A stretch of DNA of 64,000 nucleotides from Tricharina praecox. Lineage: Eukaryota. How positions within the stretch are numbered: the first letter of the stretch is position 1; each line of letters opens with the position of its first letter. Positions 24,970-39,474 of the stretch are shown here, piece by piece. Below the pieces are notes generated by a model that ran no database searches, was not told the DNA's origin, and saw only the letters and a program-made list of their open reading frames with translations. Made by a program: the position numbers and the translations under genes. The stretch spans positions 1,302,001 to 1,366,000 of the forward strand of contig NW_026250409.1 in assembly GCF_024521635.1 (NCBI RefSeq). Direction: 5' to 3'.

Positions 24970-26306
24970 GAAGAAGTTAAAACTTTCAACTCGATCACCG
25001 CCGCCGTTTTGCTTCCACGTGCACGGGGGTTCGGCTTCAGAAGTTCAGATGGGATGAGATGAGAAAGGAAAGGAAACTTTTCCCCCATCTGGTTTGGTTT
25101 GGAAGAGCGACCGTCCGGCCAGCGCAGTCAGCGAAGGCAGCGAAGGCAGCGAAGGCAGCAGATTGACTTCCTCGCCCTCGCCCTCGCCCACGTCCACGTC
25201 CACACCCGGGTTCGTGCAAGGCGGGCGGGCGTCGGGCGGGGGAGGGGGAGTCCCCGGTTTTCGCGATCGGGTTTACGCAAGGCATGCGCCGGATACACAC
25301 ACACATACACACACATATCATACATACACGCATATCCGACATCGTACATCATACATCATACAACATGCATCATACATCATACACACACATACATCATACA
25401 TCAGACATCAGACATCCTTTGGGGCCGGGGGAGGGGGGAGGGGAGGCTATAAGCAATAAGGCGTGCGGACGTGCGGACGTGTTTCTATCTCTGGATACCT
25501 ACATTCAACCTACATACATACATCATACATCATACATACCGACCGCTGAAACATGCATACCAACCTACAGCACAGCTCATCATCATTGAGGGAGCGATGG
25601 GCGATGGGCGATGGGCGATGGGCGATGGGCGACGGATGCATGGAACCCGCCACTCACCGCTCACCGCTCACTGCTCACCGCTCGAGGACGAGCAAACGAC
25701 GAAGCTGTGCTGCGTCGTTGCCCCTCAACCGACAGATGCGCAGGACAGCGCAAGACACCGCAGGGCAGGCCGGTGGTCCCGAACTCACATATGTACCGTG
25801 TGTACGCCCCAGGCTTGTTGATGTTTGAAACATCAACGGACTAACTTGGGTACTTACGTTGCTTACAAACTTTTATTTACTTGATCACGTAGACCGGAAA
25901 GAAAGAAAGAAACAGAGAAAGAAAGAAGAAATAAACAAAACGGCCCAGCGGCTAGTTAGCCACTTACGGCACTTCCTACAGTACCACAGTAGTCACTATG
26001 CCATATCTAGTAATAGTTACCACTGTAACTACCAGCCCACTAGAACCCACGGGGAAATAAATAAACAAACAAAGAAGAAGAGGAAGAAGCAAGCCATTTG
26101 ATTCGATTCGAGTGTCATTCATGAACAAAAACAAAAGCCCAAAAAAACAAAAGCCCAAAAAACAAAGCAACACAAAACAAAAACAAAACTGTTGGGGGCC
26201 CCTACGACGTGAGTACGTATGCACCCTGTAGGTATCAACACCAGTCAACACGAGTCAAAAACCGGACGAAACACCAACTCCGTCGATAGTTACCGGGTTC
26301 GGTCAT

Positions 26307-26307
<1 letters not shown>

Positions 26308-26353
<46 letters not shown>
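26308..26353. repeat. (GGCA)n microsatellite
   Basis: Tetramer tandem repeat. Confidence 0.9.
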
Positions 26354-29300
26354 TAGGTAGGTCTGAGGTAGGTGGGTCTAAGGTCCTCGTTCCTGTCACC
26401 CCAGGGCTGGCTGGCAGTGGCAGTGGCAGTCTGGCAGCCCGTCATGGCGTTGGCTTTGGCGTTGGCTTTGACTCGGACGGATATAATATCAGCCGAGGCG
26501 GTTGGGGGTTGGGTGGGGGGGTTCGGTTGGTACATTGCATTGCATTGTACACTACCGGTACGGTAGATACTCGTTCGGCTACCTACTCTAGGGAGACGAA
26601 CGGCGGACAGACGGACGGACAGATTTGATTGACTGATTGATTGCTTCTCGTGTCGGTAAGATGATGTACCTACTAACTACCGGTACCGGCATGTAGTAGC
26701 ACGGCATCCCGTCTTTCTGTGGGGCAACAACCTTAACATAGCTCATGGACATTGGACATTGGAACCTAGCGGTAGCTATTTGCATGTATGTATAGGTACA
26801 CTATCGGACTATCCTATCTACCTGTCCATGCATTTGTGTAGAGTATTTAGAGTACATAGAGTACCCTCCCCGCATACCTATACGTAGAGTACTAACAAGT
26901 ACCCAGTAGTTACGTGCGACACCCCGGACGACTACGACGACGACGACGACGACGGAAGAATTCCACGGCAACTCGATGGATAGGTAATGGATTCGCATCA
27001 GCTCGAGTCTGGCGTTTAGCAGGCAAGCCTCCCGTCCGCCGTAGCCGGCCGGCCTGCCGAATTCCACCAGCGCTCCAGCAAGTGGGTACCGTACATATGT
27101 GCTCTACGTAGTCCAGTGCAGTGCAGTCCACGTTTGCCTCCCTCCCTCGCTCCACCTCTACGCCTTAGGGGGGCGGGGGGGCCGCGATCTTTTTCTGCAG
27201 GGGAGGGAGTGAGAGAGGGCGGGGGAGGGAAGGGGGGAGGTAAGCGACTGTAGTTAAATGCACGACATAGGTATACGGGGGATCCCAGTCGTGATTCCGG
27301 GGGCGGAGCTGGCTGCTGGCTGCTGCGTTTGAGGAATTCCATTAATTCGATGCGGGGGATGGTCGACCGGGGGGTACATAGTAGGTATCATAGTGGCATG
27401 GGATGGCATGGGATGGGATGGGAGGGTATTGGATGGGCCAAGTAATGTAAATATCGTGCGCAGGGTTGGATACCGTAGAGTAGAGTGGTCAACGGTCTAC
27501 ATTCGTGCTGGGACGGGGACGGGTGGACACCGAACGAGGGTAGAGTACCTTTGTAAGATACTAGACGAAGTGAAGCAGCAAAGTGAAGCGAATATGTTGT
27601 TCTTCTTGCACTTGCTCTTGCTCTTGCCGATGTCTGCCGCGGGTAACTATCTAGCAAGGCGAGACGAGACGAGACAAGACGAGACGAACGGAGGGCCCGG
27701 CCGCTCCGTTGGTTGATCGGCCGGTTGGCTAGCGAGAGGGGGGATGCGCCGGAGGGATCTAGCGGAAAGCAGATGCTCGTGGCTCCGTACGAGTGCGACG
27801 GATCGAATGGCGGATGGCGGATTGAGTCATTATCCGGTTCGAGTGGGGAGGGGGAAGCCTGAAGGGAGAAGGAGACCGGCGACGACAGTATGACGCCGAT
27901 TCCGGTATGGTCATGAGAGAGGCGGTACTCACTTTACCGTACTGTACGAGTGTACCTCGAATATTCATCTCCACATTCCGATCGAGTGCTACAAACTACA
28001 TGCTACATACTCCACCATCCGGAACTCCGAGAGTGCCGGCTATGTAACGATACGGACAGACGGACACGTGCACTCACATAGGTACTCTAGGTAGGTAGCT
28101 CTACCAGTAATGCATAGAGTACACTATGTATGTACGATAAACGACAGTGCGTGCGTGCGGGGAATCATTTATTCACATTATTTAATCGAGCACTCGCATA
28201 CAGCCGCCTCGCGCTGCGGAATCGCTACAAGTACCTACATGGTACGTACTATATTATAGCATGTACCTAACTAACCAAGCCATGTACCCCGCGTGTACTA
28301 TCAGGTAGGTAGCCATGTAGCTGGAAGTACTTTAACGCCGACCTCATGACAGACAGTGAATTAGATGAGAACGCCGGAAGTACTTGCGCCAACCGGTGTA
28401 CACTTAGATTCCTAAGTAGAATACATGCAAGCGGCGTGCAGCTGCGGAAGTTGTTTTTTATATGTACAATACGATACATACAGTACACAGCCGCGTTTGA
28501 CACTTAACGGGGGAGGGCAGAGAGATAGGGTGGAGGGTACGGTGGAGGAGGAGGAGGAGGTATTAGCAGCCTGGTCCTGGTCCTCGTCCTGGGCCGATTC
28601 GATTCGATTAACTGGGCAGTAATACAAAAACCCGTATCTATGCAGTGTCGGCGTGCGGAGACGGTTACAAATTACAATGGCTCTATGTACGAGTTTTACC
28701 GGGGACGGAGGACGGGGGACGGGGGATGGAGGACGGGGGGCTAGGTATTCCGGACTCTATTGACCGGCTCGGCTGCGTTGATTGTTAATACTTGGTAGTT
28801 GATACAGTACTCGCCTGTGGACGACGGGCATGAGAACTCGGTATGTAGAGTACTTGGATACGGTATCGTATTCGCGACACTGACACCGTCAGCCGCGCGC
28901 CGGCTCCGGAGTCCGCTTGGCTGCGTAAGCCATGTCGCCGTGTCGTCGTATCGACGCTTCCCACAATAGACGCGAAGCGGAAGCGGAAGTGGAAGCGGCA
29001 CACAACGTACAAGCTTGACCTTACAAGCTCCATACAAGCTCCATAGCGGAATCTGGGGAATCCGGGGATAACCTCAGCCTCCGGGCGGACACCGTATGTC
29101 ATACCGTGTGTATCGCCCCTGTCATTCCATGCCAGCCGAGTTTTCCATCCGGGCCATCTGGCTCTATGTAGCTTTTGGCTATTCCCCAATATTTACCCTC
29201 TGCTCATCGAATCTCATCGCATGCAGCGCTCCACTCGAGTATCCCATAGTTAGTAGTCAAAAAAAAAGAAAGCAAAGAACAGAAGTCAAAAAAAAAAACC

Positions 29301-30180
29301 GGATTAGCAACGCACCTGCCCACGGCCAACAGCCAACGGCAACATCCAACAGTGAGAAAAAAACCCGCCTCCATGGTTCAGGAAAACCGTCCTCGTACCT
29401 CGCTTCTCGCGAATGCCGAAAGCGAGCGAGCGAGCGAGCTCAACTACCGTATTCACGCTCCACGGGCCCCCGCAACCCCACCCCACCCCCAACCCACGCA
29501 CCCCGTCAATCTCTGGGGCTTGTGAATGCAGGTGGCTATATTAAACGCGTTGGGTACTGGGCACTCACTCACTCACTGGGCAGGACAGGGCTCTCGACAG
29601 TGCGCAGGGAGAGGCTCTTAGCGAGTTGCGGGGGCGGCTGGGGCGCTGGAATAGGCAGGCTGGCTGGGTGCTATGTATGTAAATGCTCTATGTACTTTGT
29701 ACGAGTACTTGGGTGAGAGGTATGTATGTAGATAAATGTAGGTACTTTATCGACAATAGCCGAGCGGCGATGCCGGCGTTTGGAGTGGAGTGGAGTGGAG
29801 TGAACTGGAGTGGAGTGGAGGACAAAACCAAAAACATTGATGGGCAGTGGGCAGTGGGCAGTGGGAGCAACGCTCACGTGGCTACCTAAAAGTCGGGGTT
29901 GAATGTTTGTATAATATATTGGCGTATTGGTATATTGACATATGTACGGTGTACCTATTGGCGTATTTCTTGTAGATTGTAGATTGTTGTGATACATACG
30001 GTCGCCGAGTACGGTAGAGTAGAGTATACTCTACTATTATGGGTAGCGCGTATCGAGGTACTGTACTGTACTCTATCGCATCGTATCGTATCGTCGGAGG
30101 GTGGCAGAGGGAGAGCGAGAGGGGGCCTGATCGATCATCGTCGTGAGTCGTGACTTCCGTCGACGTTGGCCAAGAGCTAT

Positions 30181-30218
30181 GGCACTCTGGCACTCTGGCA
30201 CTCTGGCACTCTGGCACT
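30181..30218. repeat. (GGCACTCT)n octamer repeat
   Basis: About five tandem copies. Confidence 0.85.
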
Positions 30219-33200
30219 CCACTCTACGCTAGAGCGCAAAGCACCGCGTGTCGGTGACGATACCCACATACCTACTTTATTAACCAAGTATCTGGTTACT
30301 CCCTTGGTGACTGAGCTCAACTTGAAACCGACGGCACGACGAGTCGGCTGAGTCTAAGCCACATCCATATCGGCCCCCCGAGGTGAAGGCCGATGCAGAG
30401 TGAACAGTGAAGAGTGAAGAGTGAAGAGTAAAGAGTAAAGGGTAAAGGGTAAAGGGTAAAGGGTAAAGTGTGAAGGGTGAAGGACGGCGGTTCGCATTGC
30501 CGTTCCCGGCTGATCGGTCACTGTAAATACCACAGACATGCTCGCTACATATGGTATACGAGGTCGGTATTTGTCATCCCCCGCATGTACATATGTGCAA
30601 GTCAGGCCGTGGCGTTGGAGACGGCTGCTCGGCCGCGTACGTAGGCCACCCAGGTAAGCATGCTGGCCTCTTTCTGCCTCTCATGGTCAGTACCAACAGT
30701 ACCCATATGCGGATGGAGTAGGTACCCACCTAGGTACCCGCCCCCCTAGGTAGCGTATGTACCGTAAGCTGTAACGTTTGGAGATTTTTTTCATTGCTTC
30801 TTTTTGTCGCTCCCATGGTTCAGGATGCGCCGGGTCCCGACGTCCCGTGCACGGCGGACGTCGTCGCCGCCGTTGTCGTTCGGAGCGGTGGATGCCCGTG
30901 TTTTGAATAACCGTCACGACTTTTCTTTTTTCTTCTCCTCACATCTACAAACTTAGGTAAGTGTCGGCTCCCCCTCCCCCTTCCCCTTTGACGGGAGCTC
31001 CGGGATATGTACTACCACCGCCGTCGATCGCGGCAGATGGGGAACAACAAGCGCCCAAAACAAAAAACAAATGGTTTCTGCTGCTGCTGCTACTGCTGCG
31101 TACGTGTGGCAAGGCGAGGGTGGTGGTGGAGGGGGTGGTGAGCAGCGTGGGGGCGAGGAATCAGGTCCGCGGAAGTAAGTTAGAACTGAACAGCTCACAG
31201 CTCACAGCTCAAACCATGTCCGCCCTGAGGGAGGGCGGTACTCTTCCAACGGCTCGCGGTCGGTCGGTCGAACACCCCCCCACGTTGACATCCCTCGCTC
31301 CTTCCTTCGTGTGCTCGTGAAAGTCGACGCCGGATGTTTCCCCAGGACCAGAAACGCGCTCGCGGTTAACTAACCACCGACGGTCGCGCGCGGCTATAAC
31401 TAGCAGCCTGGTCTGCACTGTCATGACCATTTTCGGCGCACGCTTTCCTGCTATGTACACACACATACATACGCTGCGGATCGGAGACCACCCTGTGCGC
31501 ACTGCGGAGATGGGCACCGCTCGCGGCATGGTCCCACGTAGAGTGTGATATGATGTGATATGCAAGGCGCGTATGATAGGGGGGGGGGGATCATTTTATT
31601 GACGTTTCTATAGACCTAAAGAGAGCCACCGCCGCGAGACAACCTAGCTAATCCTACCGCGAGAGAGAAGTAGTTACACTAGCCAATGGGAATCTGTCCC
31701 AGCAAAGTACATACACGGTAACGACTGATATTTATCGCGTACGATAGGTAGAGTACATAGCCGGGTTTCTGTTCTAGTTGGTCGGCCGACGGCAATATGT
31801 AAGCGGTGATGGTGAGGCCGGTAGCTGGTTGGTTGGCTGGTAAACGAGTACAAGAACGAGATAGTTACCGCTCCACTCCACGGTATCTAACTACAAAGAT
31901 ACTGATCCGTCCAGAAATCTGTCGTTCAATGGCACGCACGACTAACTACGGGGGAAAGGGAAGGGAAGGGAAGCTATCATCACATATGCACGCACCGACC
32001 CGCAGCCGAACGGACACACCCGGCGGTCCGCTAGGTAAGTTACAAGCAAGTATACCTAGGGAAGTACATAGTACTTACCTAAGGTACTTGACTAACTACA
32101 TAGCACCGGCCAACCACATCCACCTCGCCTCAGATTCGTCTCCCGACGGAGAGAATTGGGAGACCGGAGGGAGCGACGAACGAACAAACGGGCACATTGC
32201 GTTCGCCACTAACTAAGGATGAAGCTCGCCACCAGGCGGCCCAGCAGTTAGTCACCTCTTGGCTGTGCGAGGTAACTTACACACCTGCACTCTATGTGCT
32301 AGGTATAGCGATGTGCCGGTCGATTTGTCGTCGACGTGACAGCTCTCTCTCGGTCTTGGTCCGCACCCGTTCCCAGGTAAAGTAGTTGGCAAGCTGTCCG
32401 TCAACGTGACAGCTTGGTTTACAGCTGTTCCTATGTATGTCGGTAGGTGGTGCCATTTCATCCCATGGATGGAATCATAGCTGTCTCCACCGGGTTTCCC
32501 TTTATTCCACCCATCCATCCTTCTGCCGGCACGTACATAGAGTAGAATAGCTGTGGGGAGCACCGTAGCTGCCGGTATGCCTAGGTAGGCAAGTAGGTAC
32601 TCTATTCTACTCGATACGATATCTGCGCAACCGTAGATCTTAGAACCCACAAATCTGCACGTACGTACTTGCCTACCGGTATGCACACACGATCCGGGTC
32701 CACTGTATACATATTTCTCGCCTAGGTATGTATGTAGGCAGGTATTGCTTGCCTGTCACCAGTCGGTGCACGGTGAGACAAGGCAAGGCTCGGGGGTAGA
32801 GCGGGAGGGTGGGTGTGGGTGTGTATATGGTCAGGGAAGGGCATCTGGCCAAGAAACATGTATGTACGTACGTACAGCATCACCGGCCTTCTAGACGCAT
32901 ATATACAAACACCCACACACGCCAGCGCCTGCCGAAGCGAAGGGGGTCGAAGGTCGGTGGTCGGGCTGAATGGTGGATGCATGGCTTGCGGGAATTAGTC
33001 ATTGCGACGGTTATCCAAGGCGAGACACACACACGGAGGGGGCGTACATAGTGGTGTGTTTGGTTGAGTTCGGTTGGCTGGCTGTTCGTATCGACAGATC
33101 AGCAGCGCTGGGTGTAGCCCCGCATGCCATCACCAGAGCAGCTGTCCCCGGACGGGGGACATGTGTGCCCCGCACTCACATATGCGCTGGCGAACGGGAT

Positions 33201-35510
33201 AAGACATTTCGAGACCGTCGAAAGAGTGGGACCGTCAGGCTAACCACCGGCCCCCCTCACGATGCTCCGATGAGCCTGCGGGCTTCAGCTTCCCCGGACT
33301 CCAGACTCCAGGGCCCAGCCGCTGAGGCCTGATCCTTACAGATGTGTGTGCGGAGGGGAGGTGGCGTGCTCGTTCGAATCCGGATGCCGATGGTCGATGG
33401 AGGGATGCACGGATGGACGGATGGATGGATGTGGATGAGCTGGAGTGAAGTAAAAGATCAGTCACATTCCGTTCACGATGGGTGGCGCCGACTGGGAGTG
33501 GCGATTGAGCACAGTGCATGGTTGGCACACCATCTCACTCTCCCAGTGCCCACTCTGCTACCATCACACCCTCATTCAGCATACATCACACCTCACATCC
33601 TCACACCACCACACCCTCACACCCTCATGAGCACAAACTCAGAGACATCCTCACACCCTCACAGTCTCACAGTCTCACACGCCCCATTCACCCACCATGC
33701 TGCTGCCACTGCGCACATCCAACAATAACACCGCGTACGGATGAACGATGATCAGCCAGCTGATTTCCCAATTACACGAGTGACACACCGCTTCTCTGAT
33801 CACAGCATGACTGCCACGCTGCCTGTGAGTTACTGTGGGTAGTACATGACGCTATTCGACCCATCACAACTTCAAGCTCATATCCCGAAAGAAAGAAAGA
33901 AAACCCCCCAAAACGTGCGCGTGCGGCGGCAGCCGCTTAGCGGGGTAGGTACTTTGATCGAGGATCCCCGCGTGAATCGGGCCAAGTCAATCTTTTAGGT
34001 TCTTCCCTCTGGTCGGTCGTTCGTTCTCGTTCGTGGCACACCTCCGCTTTTTTTTTCTCCCGTGGGACCGGAAATTGATTGACAGATCACACCACGAGTG
34101 ATCGGTCGTGAAGAACACACCCATCACCCCTCACCCATCATCGCCGAGGGCCTGAGAGGATTGGCCTGTTTACCTGCCTGCCTGCCTTATGGTAGAGACT
34201 AGCAGAAGTAGCGGAATTACCAAGCCGAGCCGTCTCTGGGATTGATGGTTCTAGGTTGTAGACAACTTACCGGTAGTTACTTTCGCTGGTTACACCAGAC
34301 CCCCCCACCCTCCTAATCGCGCACCACCGCGCCCCGTGGACGGAATACGAACTACTGTACCAAAGTGCTAATACTACCATGACGGCCCCGGTGTGTCAAC
34401 GGTGGGCCCGCTGCAACGTAGAGTTTCACCAGCTACCCATGATCATCATCATCATCATCATCGTCTGGCGTGCTGAACGTTAATCATTCGCTCGGTGTCA
34501 CTCAAGTCTCGCAGGGGGAGGGGGGCTTGTGTGTGCTGCTGCATCGATCTCAAAACACTCTGTTTCAATATACCATATACCCACCTACCTACATGGCTAC
34601 ATGGTACCCCCAATCTGCAGCCCAGAGGCAATGCACGTCGAACCATGGTTCTTCCATGACAGCTGCCCCCTCCCACCCCCCAACCCCCATGCCCCCATGG
34701 CCGTGGACTGGGAATATTCACCTGCCACCACCCACTACCGCCCACCGCCACCCACGCACGTGCACGTGCACAATACTAAGCCCCCCCCCCTTCCCTAGGC
34801 CAAGTGCACTCTAATCAGCACTTGCGGGACCGCAAGGGCATTACGGCATCAGCATCATTGCGAGATGGCCGCAGGTGGGTAGATGGCACATAACTCATAC
34901 TTCATACATACATCCTGGAACTATGAGGCATGGTTGGACCGGACCATAGTTGCTCTACGGCGATCGAGGCACTGAGCAGGGCATCAGTCCAGTCCAGTCA
35001 CATGCCATGCTATGCACTTTGACGTTGACGCTGATAGGTGGTTTGTTAGGCTCGGTGCACTGTATATAACAGCATGCCCAGCAGCGCGAGTGATCGCAAG
35101 TGCTTATCAAATCTATCGATCCGGCGGTATATACTCTACTCTACTCTACGTACTCTACCCCGGCCACCAAAGGTCCAACACGGCGTTCGACATAAGTACA
35201 TGGAACCGACATGGCCCTGATTGACCGGAAAGAACCCCCCCTCCCCTGCACGTATTACGCGCCGGCGGCGGCCGCGGATGTGTGGCATCTTGCGAACTGC
35301 AGATATTTGTCATTCACCATGGCCATCAACTCTCGCTCCCTCGCGAGCGAGTGGCATGGCTTCTTCTTTCATCTCGTCGAGACTAGGCATCTACGGTATC
35401 TACATAGCATGGGAAGGATCGAGCGAGCGAGAAACATCGCCAACCGCCGACTACATGCCCACCGGAGAAATCTATTGGAGGCTGGAGGCGGGTGAGCCGG
35501 CCCGGGGGCC

Positions 35511-37473
35511 CGGGGGTGCGCAAGTAAGCAAGCAAGCAAGCATCGAAAAACTCGAAACGGAACGAAGCGAGCGGACATGGACGCACGGAACGTCATCTGC
35601 CGACCGACCGGCGACGAGACTTGGAGTGAACGGAGGAGGTGGTGAGGGTGAGTGATATTCCCTTCCGTCAAATTGCACGATACGCGAGCTGCAACTGACG
35701 GATCATAGAGTGCCTATGTATAGGGGATAGCCTACCCGGGTGACTATGCGCGCCAATTACTCCTCGGTATACCTACAGGCCTCAGCCTACCTAGACATGT
35801 GAGCCTGAGAAGTGTGAAGTGGGAAGTGGGAAGAGAACCTGAAAGGCTGAAAAGCTGGAAAGAGAGAACCGGAGAATCCACCAGACACGACAAGCCCGCA
35901 GCCCGTCGCTCGCAGCCCGCAGCCCGTGGGGAACCAACGGGATCCGGAACAACGGAACCACGCGCGCATCCGCGCCCGCGGCACTGAAACCGCTTCCATG
36001 CATCTGCGTACGGAAGGGGCTAGCAATGCATGCATGCGGCTTGCAGCTCGGTGGAGGAGAGAGCTTCCGCCGCCGATGTGGGGGGTCGGCGCTGGGTCTG
36101 GGCCAGTTCGCTACGGAGATGAGGGAGGAGATGAGGTCTGAGGTGAGGGGAGGAGGGCTCAGCTTCGTGCTTCGGTGCATGGCCACTTTAGGTGAACTGC
36201 ACTGACTGCCTGCCTGAAGCCTGAGACCTGCTCCTGCTCGGCCGAGTGTATCCGACGCCGCGGTAACCATGGCAATGGCCAGCTCCGCCTCCTCCGCCCC
36301 CATCGAGCCAGCCAGCCCTACGCGAAGATCGTCACCACCATTTGTTTTAGGTTCGTAATTTCGGTACTTTTGATACGGCATGGCAACAGCGCTGATCTCA
36401 ACCTAGGTAGCTTAGTCAACCTAGGACGAGTGATAGATCTCCAGACCTAGACTCCAGAGTATCGGCACAAATCGTAATCGTCTCTCCGATGTTGATGGCG
36501 CCGCCAATAACAGCATCAGCATCAGCAACCTGGTTGAATATAGGTATACCTATACGGAATACATAATACGGGAATGGCATGAGATCGACCATAGTTAAAA
36601 CGTAAGATAGATGGGGTCTGTGCTTTGATGGGGCGGCTTGGGTAACCGCGGATCGGGTGTTGAAGATATCATTCGATCCGTGTCCTCATCCACCCTCCCA
36701 CCCGCCCAAAAGTGAAGATCTCTCTCGCGTTCTAGACGACGGACTTCACTCTCCAGCCAGCCACTTTATTCGAGACGAGACGGACGGCAGGAATCTACCG
36801 CGCCCCCGCGCACTGGACGTGGACGGTAGCATGTCTCGTGCGTCCCGGCCCGTCTCCAACGCCCCAACGCCCCAACGTTCTAGGCGGAGCGATTTGATAC
36901 CTGTTGTATTGTGGATTTTTGTGTGGTGTAGTGAGGGCGCTGGAGCCGAGTGAGACGGAGTGCGCGGAGGTGGGGAGATCACCCATTCCCATACCCAACC
37001 AGGCGTGCGGGCGGGCGAACGGTCAGTTGACGCCTTAGTTGCCTAGACGAATACGAATCTGTGCATTGGTATATGCGCTGCAGGTGGGCGTGTGAATTTA
37101 GGGGGTGGCCCGGGTGGGGTACTGCTGATGCAAAGATACGATATCTATCACTCGCTCAACCCGTCAACACTGAGAATCAAGATTCTAAGAAGATCTATTT
37201 CTCTCTCTCTCTCTCAAAGATTCCAAGACCGTGCTGATTGTGCTGATTATGCTTCTCATCACCATCAACCGTGGTTTATAAAAGTAAACTCCAAATTGTC
37301 TCCCAGTTATCTCCGAATAGAAAAAGTATAAGTCACTCATACCTACCTAATCTATTGTATCTCCATGGAATCTCTATTGTGCTCCCCCTACTGGTAGTAG
37401 TATGCTACCTAGGCTATCACCTCTCATGACTCGTCACTACTCGATGCTCCGCTCGAACTTCCGAGGAAGACAG
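35511..37473. repeat. Presumed donor copy of the ~2 kb duplicated non-coding segment
   Basis: Its reverse complement reads B (37473-37320) then A (37319-35511), whereas the copy at 3570-5560 reads A then B. Confidence 0.88.
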
Positions 37474-38151
37474 ACAGACTGCAATTGCAGCAGCAGCAGC
37501 AGGCAGCAGTCATGGCTATCCTTACCGTATGTACCTCTACTTCTCCCGCGCGCCTGCAGGCTGCAATCACCGCCACGAGAGATGCTTACACACGACGCAA
37601 TAATCCGCTCCGATGGATCTGGGCTCCGGGGTGTAAGCTGAGCTACATACCTAATAAAATAGCCCGTGGAAGGCTCTCCTGCAGTGCAGTCGCCGCGGTC
37701 ATTCAAGTTCACTACCCAAGTATGTACTTACCTACCGCACGATTTATCACTCGCGACCCCCTCTGGAAACCACAAGACAATGGCACTTCTCCGGTTCCAA
37801 TTGTATAGGTAGGCAGGGTACTTCCTCTGTGCACTCCATATCAATGATCACGTAGGTATGCCTAGGAGGCGGGCGAAGGGGGTCGCTACCCTGAACCGGT
37901 TACTTGCACTACAGACTGAATTTGGTTGACTGCCAATGCCATGATATACAGTAAGTTCAATCAATTCAAACTTCTCCAAGCCCTCAGATACCCCGGTCGC
38001 TAGTTACCAATAGCCTTGCAGACGTGGCAAATACCCTATTCTCCCCATCCCGCAAAAAAGAAAATCCATGACACATAAAAAACAAAACAAAGAAAACCGA
38101 AAGAAAAAAGGCAACAGGTATTCACAAATAACTCCCTAAACCATGCGGGAC

Positions 38152-39474
38152 CTACTTCCTCTGACCGTAAGCCTTGGTGGCCCAGTCACCCTTGTAGACG
38201 ATCAGGTCCTGGGGGTCGTAGTCGTGGCGACCGCTCAGGTACGAGTCGATGATCTTCTTGGTTCCGTCGGCGTAGCGCTTCTGCGCGTCGATGGAGGTAC
38301 CCGAGATGTGGGGGGTCATGGCGTTTCCGGCACCGTAGATGTTGCGGGCATTGCGCAGAATGTGGTCGGCGGGGGCGGGCTGGGGGTTCCAGACGTCTCC
38401 TCCGTAGCCGCGGAGCTGGCCGGAGGCGAGTGCCTCGGCGATGTCCTCCTTGACAACGATCGCTCCACGAGCGGTATTGATGAGCCACGCTCCCTTCTTC
38501 ATCTTCGAGATGAGCTCCTTGTTGAACAGACCCTTGGTGCTCTCGTGGAGAGGGCAGTTGATGGTGACGACATCGCACTGGCCGAGCATCTCCTCGAGGG
38601 AGTCGACACGGCGACAGCCGATCTCGGCCTCCTTCTCGGCCGACAGAGGCTGGTAATCGTAGTAGAGGAGCTCCTTGCAGTCGAAGGCCTTCAGACGACG
38701 GAGGACACGCTCGCCGATGCGGCCGACGGCCACGGTTCCGACGACTTTGTTCTCCAGATCGTAGGAGTCCTTGGCAACGGCAGCGACGTTCCACTCGCCG
38801 GCAACGATCTGCTCGTGGGCGGGGACGAAGTTGCGGACAAGGGTCAGGATGGTCATGACGACGTGCTCGGCGACGGAGACAACGTTGGAGCCGGTGACCT
38901 CGGCAACGGTCACACCGCCGTTGGTCTTGTTGGCGGCATTGAGGTCGACGTGGTCGGAACCGATACCGGCGGTGACGGCGAGCTTGAGGTTCTTGGCCTT
39001 GGCGAGACGCTCAGCGGTGAGGTAGCCGGGGTGGAAGCTGTGAAGGGGTCAGTCTCGCATCCGGGCAGCCGGGAGAGGGGGGGAGCATACGGAGTGGTGA
39101 TGATGATCTCAGCATCTACGAGCTCGCGGTCGAAGACGGAGTTCTCACTGTCCTTGTCGGAGGTAGTGACAAGGGTGTGGCCCTGGTCCTCGAGCCACTT
39201 GCGGATACCGAGCTCGTTCTCAGTTGTTCCGAGAAGAGCGGGAACCTGCTCGGCGTGGATGCCACCCTATGGATCCGTCAGTTTCTGGGGGTTGACGAGA
39301 ACTTTGGGAGTGCGGGGGGGTACTCACATCGTAGAGTACTGCGAGAACTTTGACCTGCGGATTGAAAGTCTGTGTTAGCCGTCGGACACCAGAAGCCGCG
39401 GGCCTCATGAATGCAGTTGACTGAGGCCTAAGGGAGCGCATTGCCGTGCGCAGGAGGGCTGGAGAAAGTACCAT
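38152..39474 (-). CDS. FDH1: NAD-dependent formate dehydrogenase; exons 39474-39328 (optional intron 39471-39355), 39266-39091, 39037-38152
   Basis: [47 protein letters not shown], Rossmann motif AVGRIG..VLRRL, YYDYQ, INCPLH, NTARG, GDVW.PQP, PHISG. Confidence 0.97.

Noticed and set aside
3570..37473. The inverted 2-kb copies as terminal repeats of a ~34-kb giant transposon or Starship
   Set aside because: The copies are circularly permuted rather than simple TIRs. The target duplication flanks only the left copy. No tyrosine recombinase or transposase is present, and the interior contains the housekeeping gene BMT2.
38143..39378. 411-aa plus-strand ORF
   Set aside because: Antisense shadow of the strongly codon-biased FDH gene.
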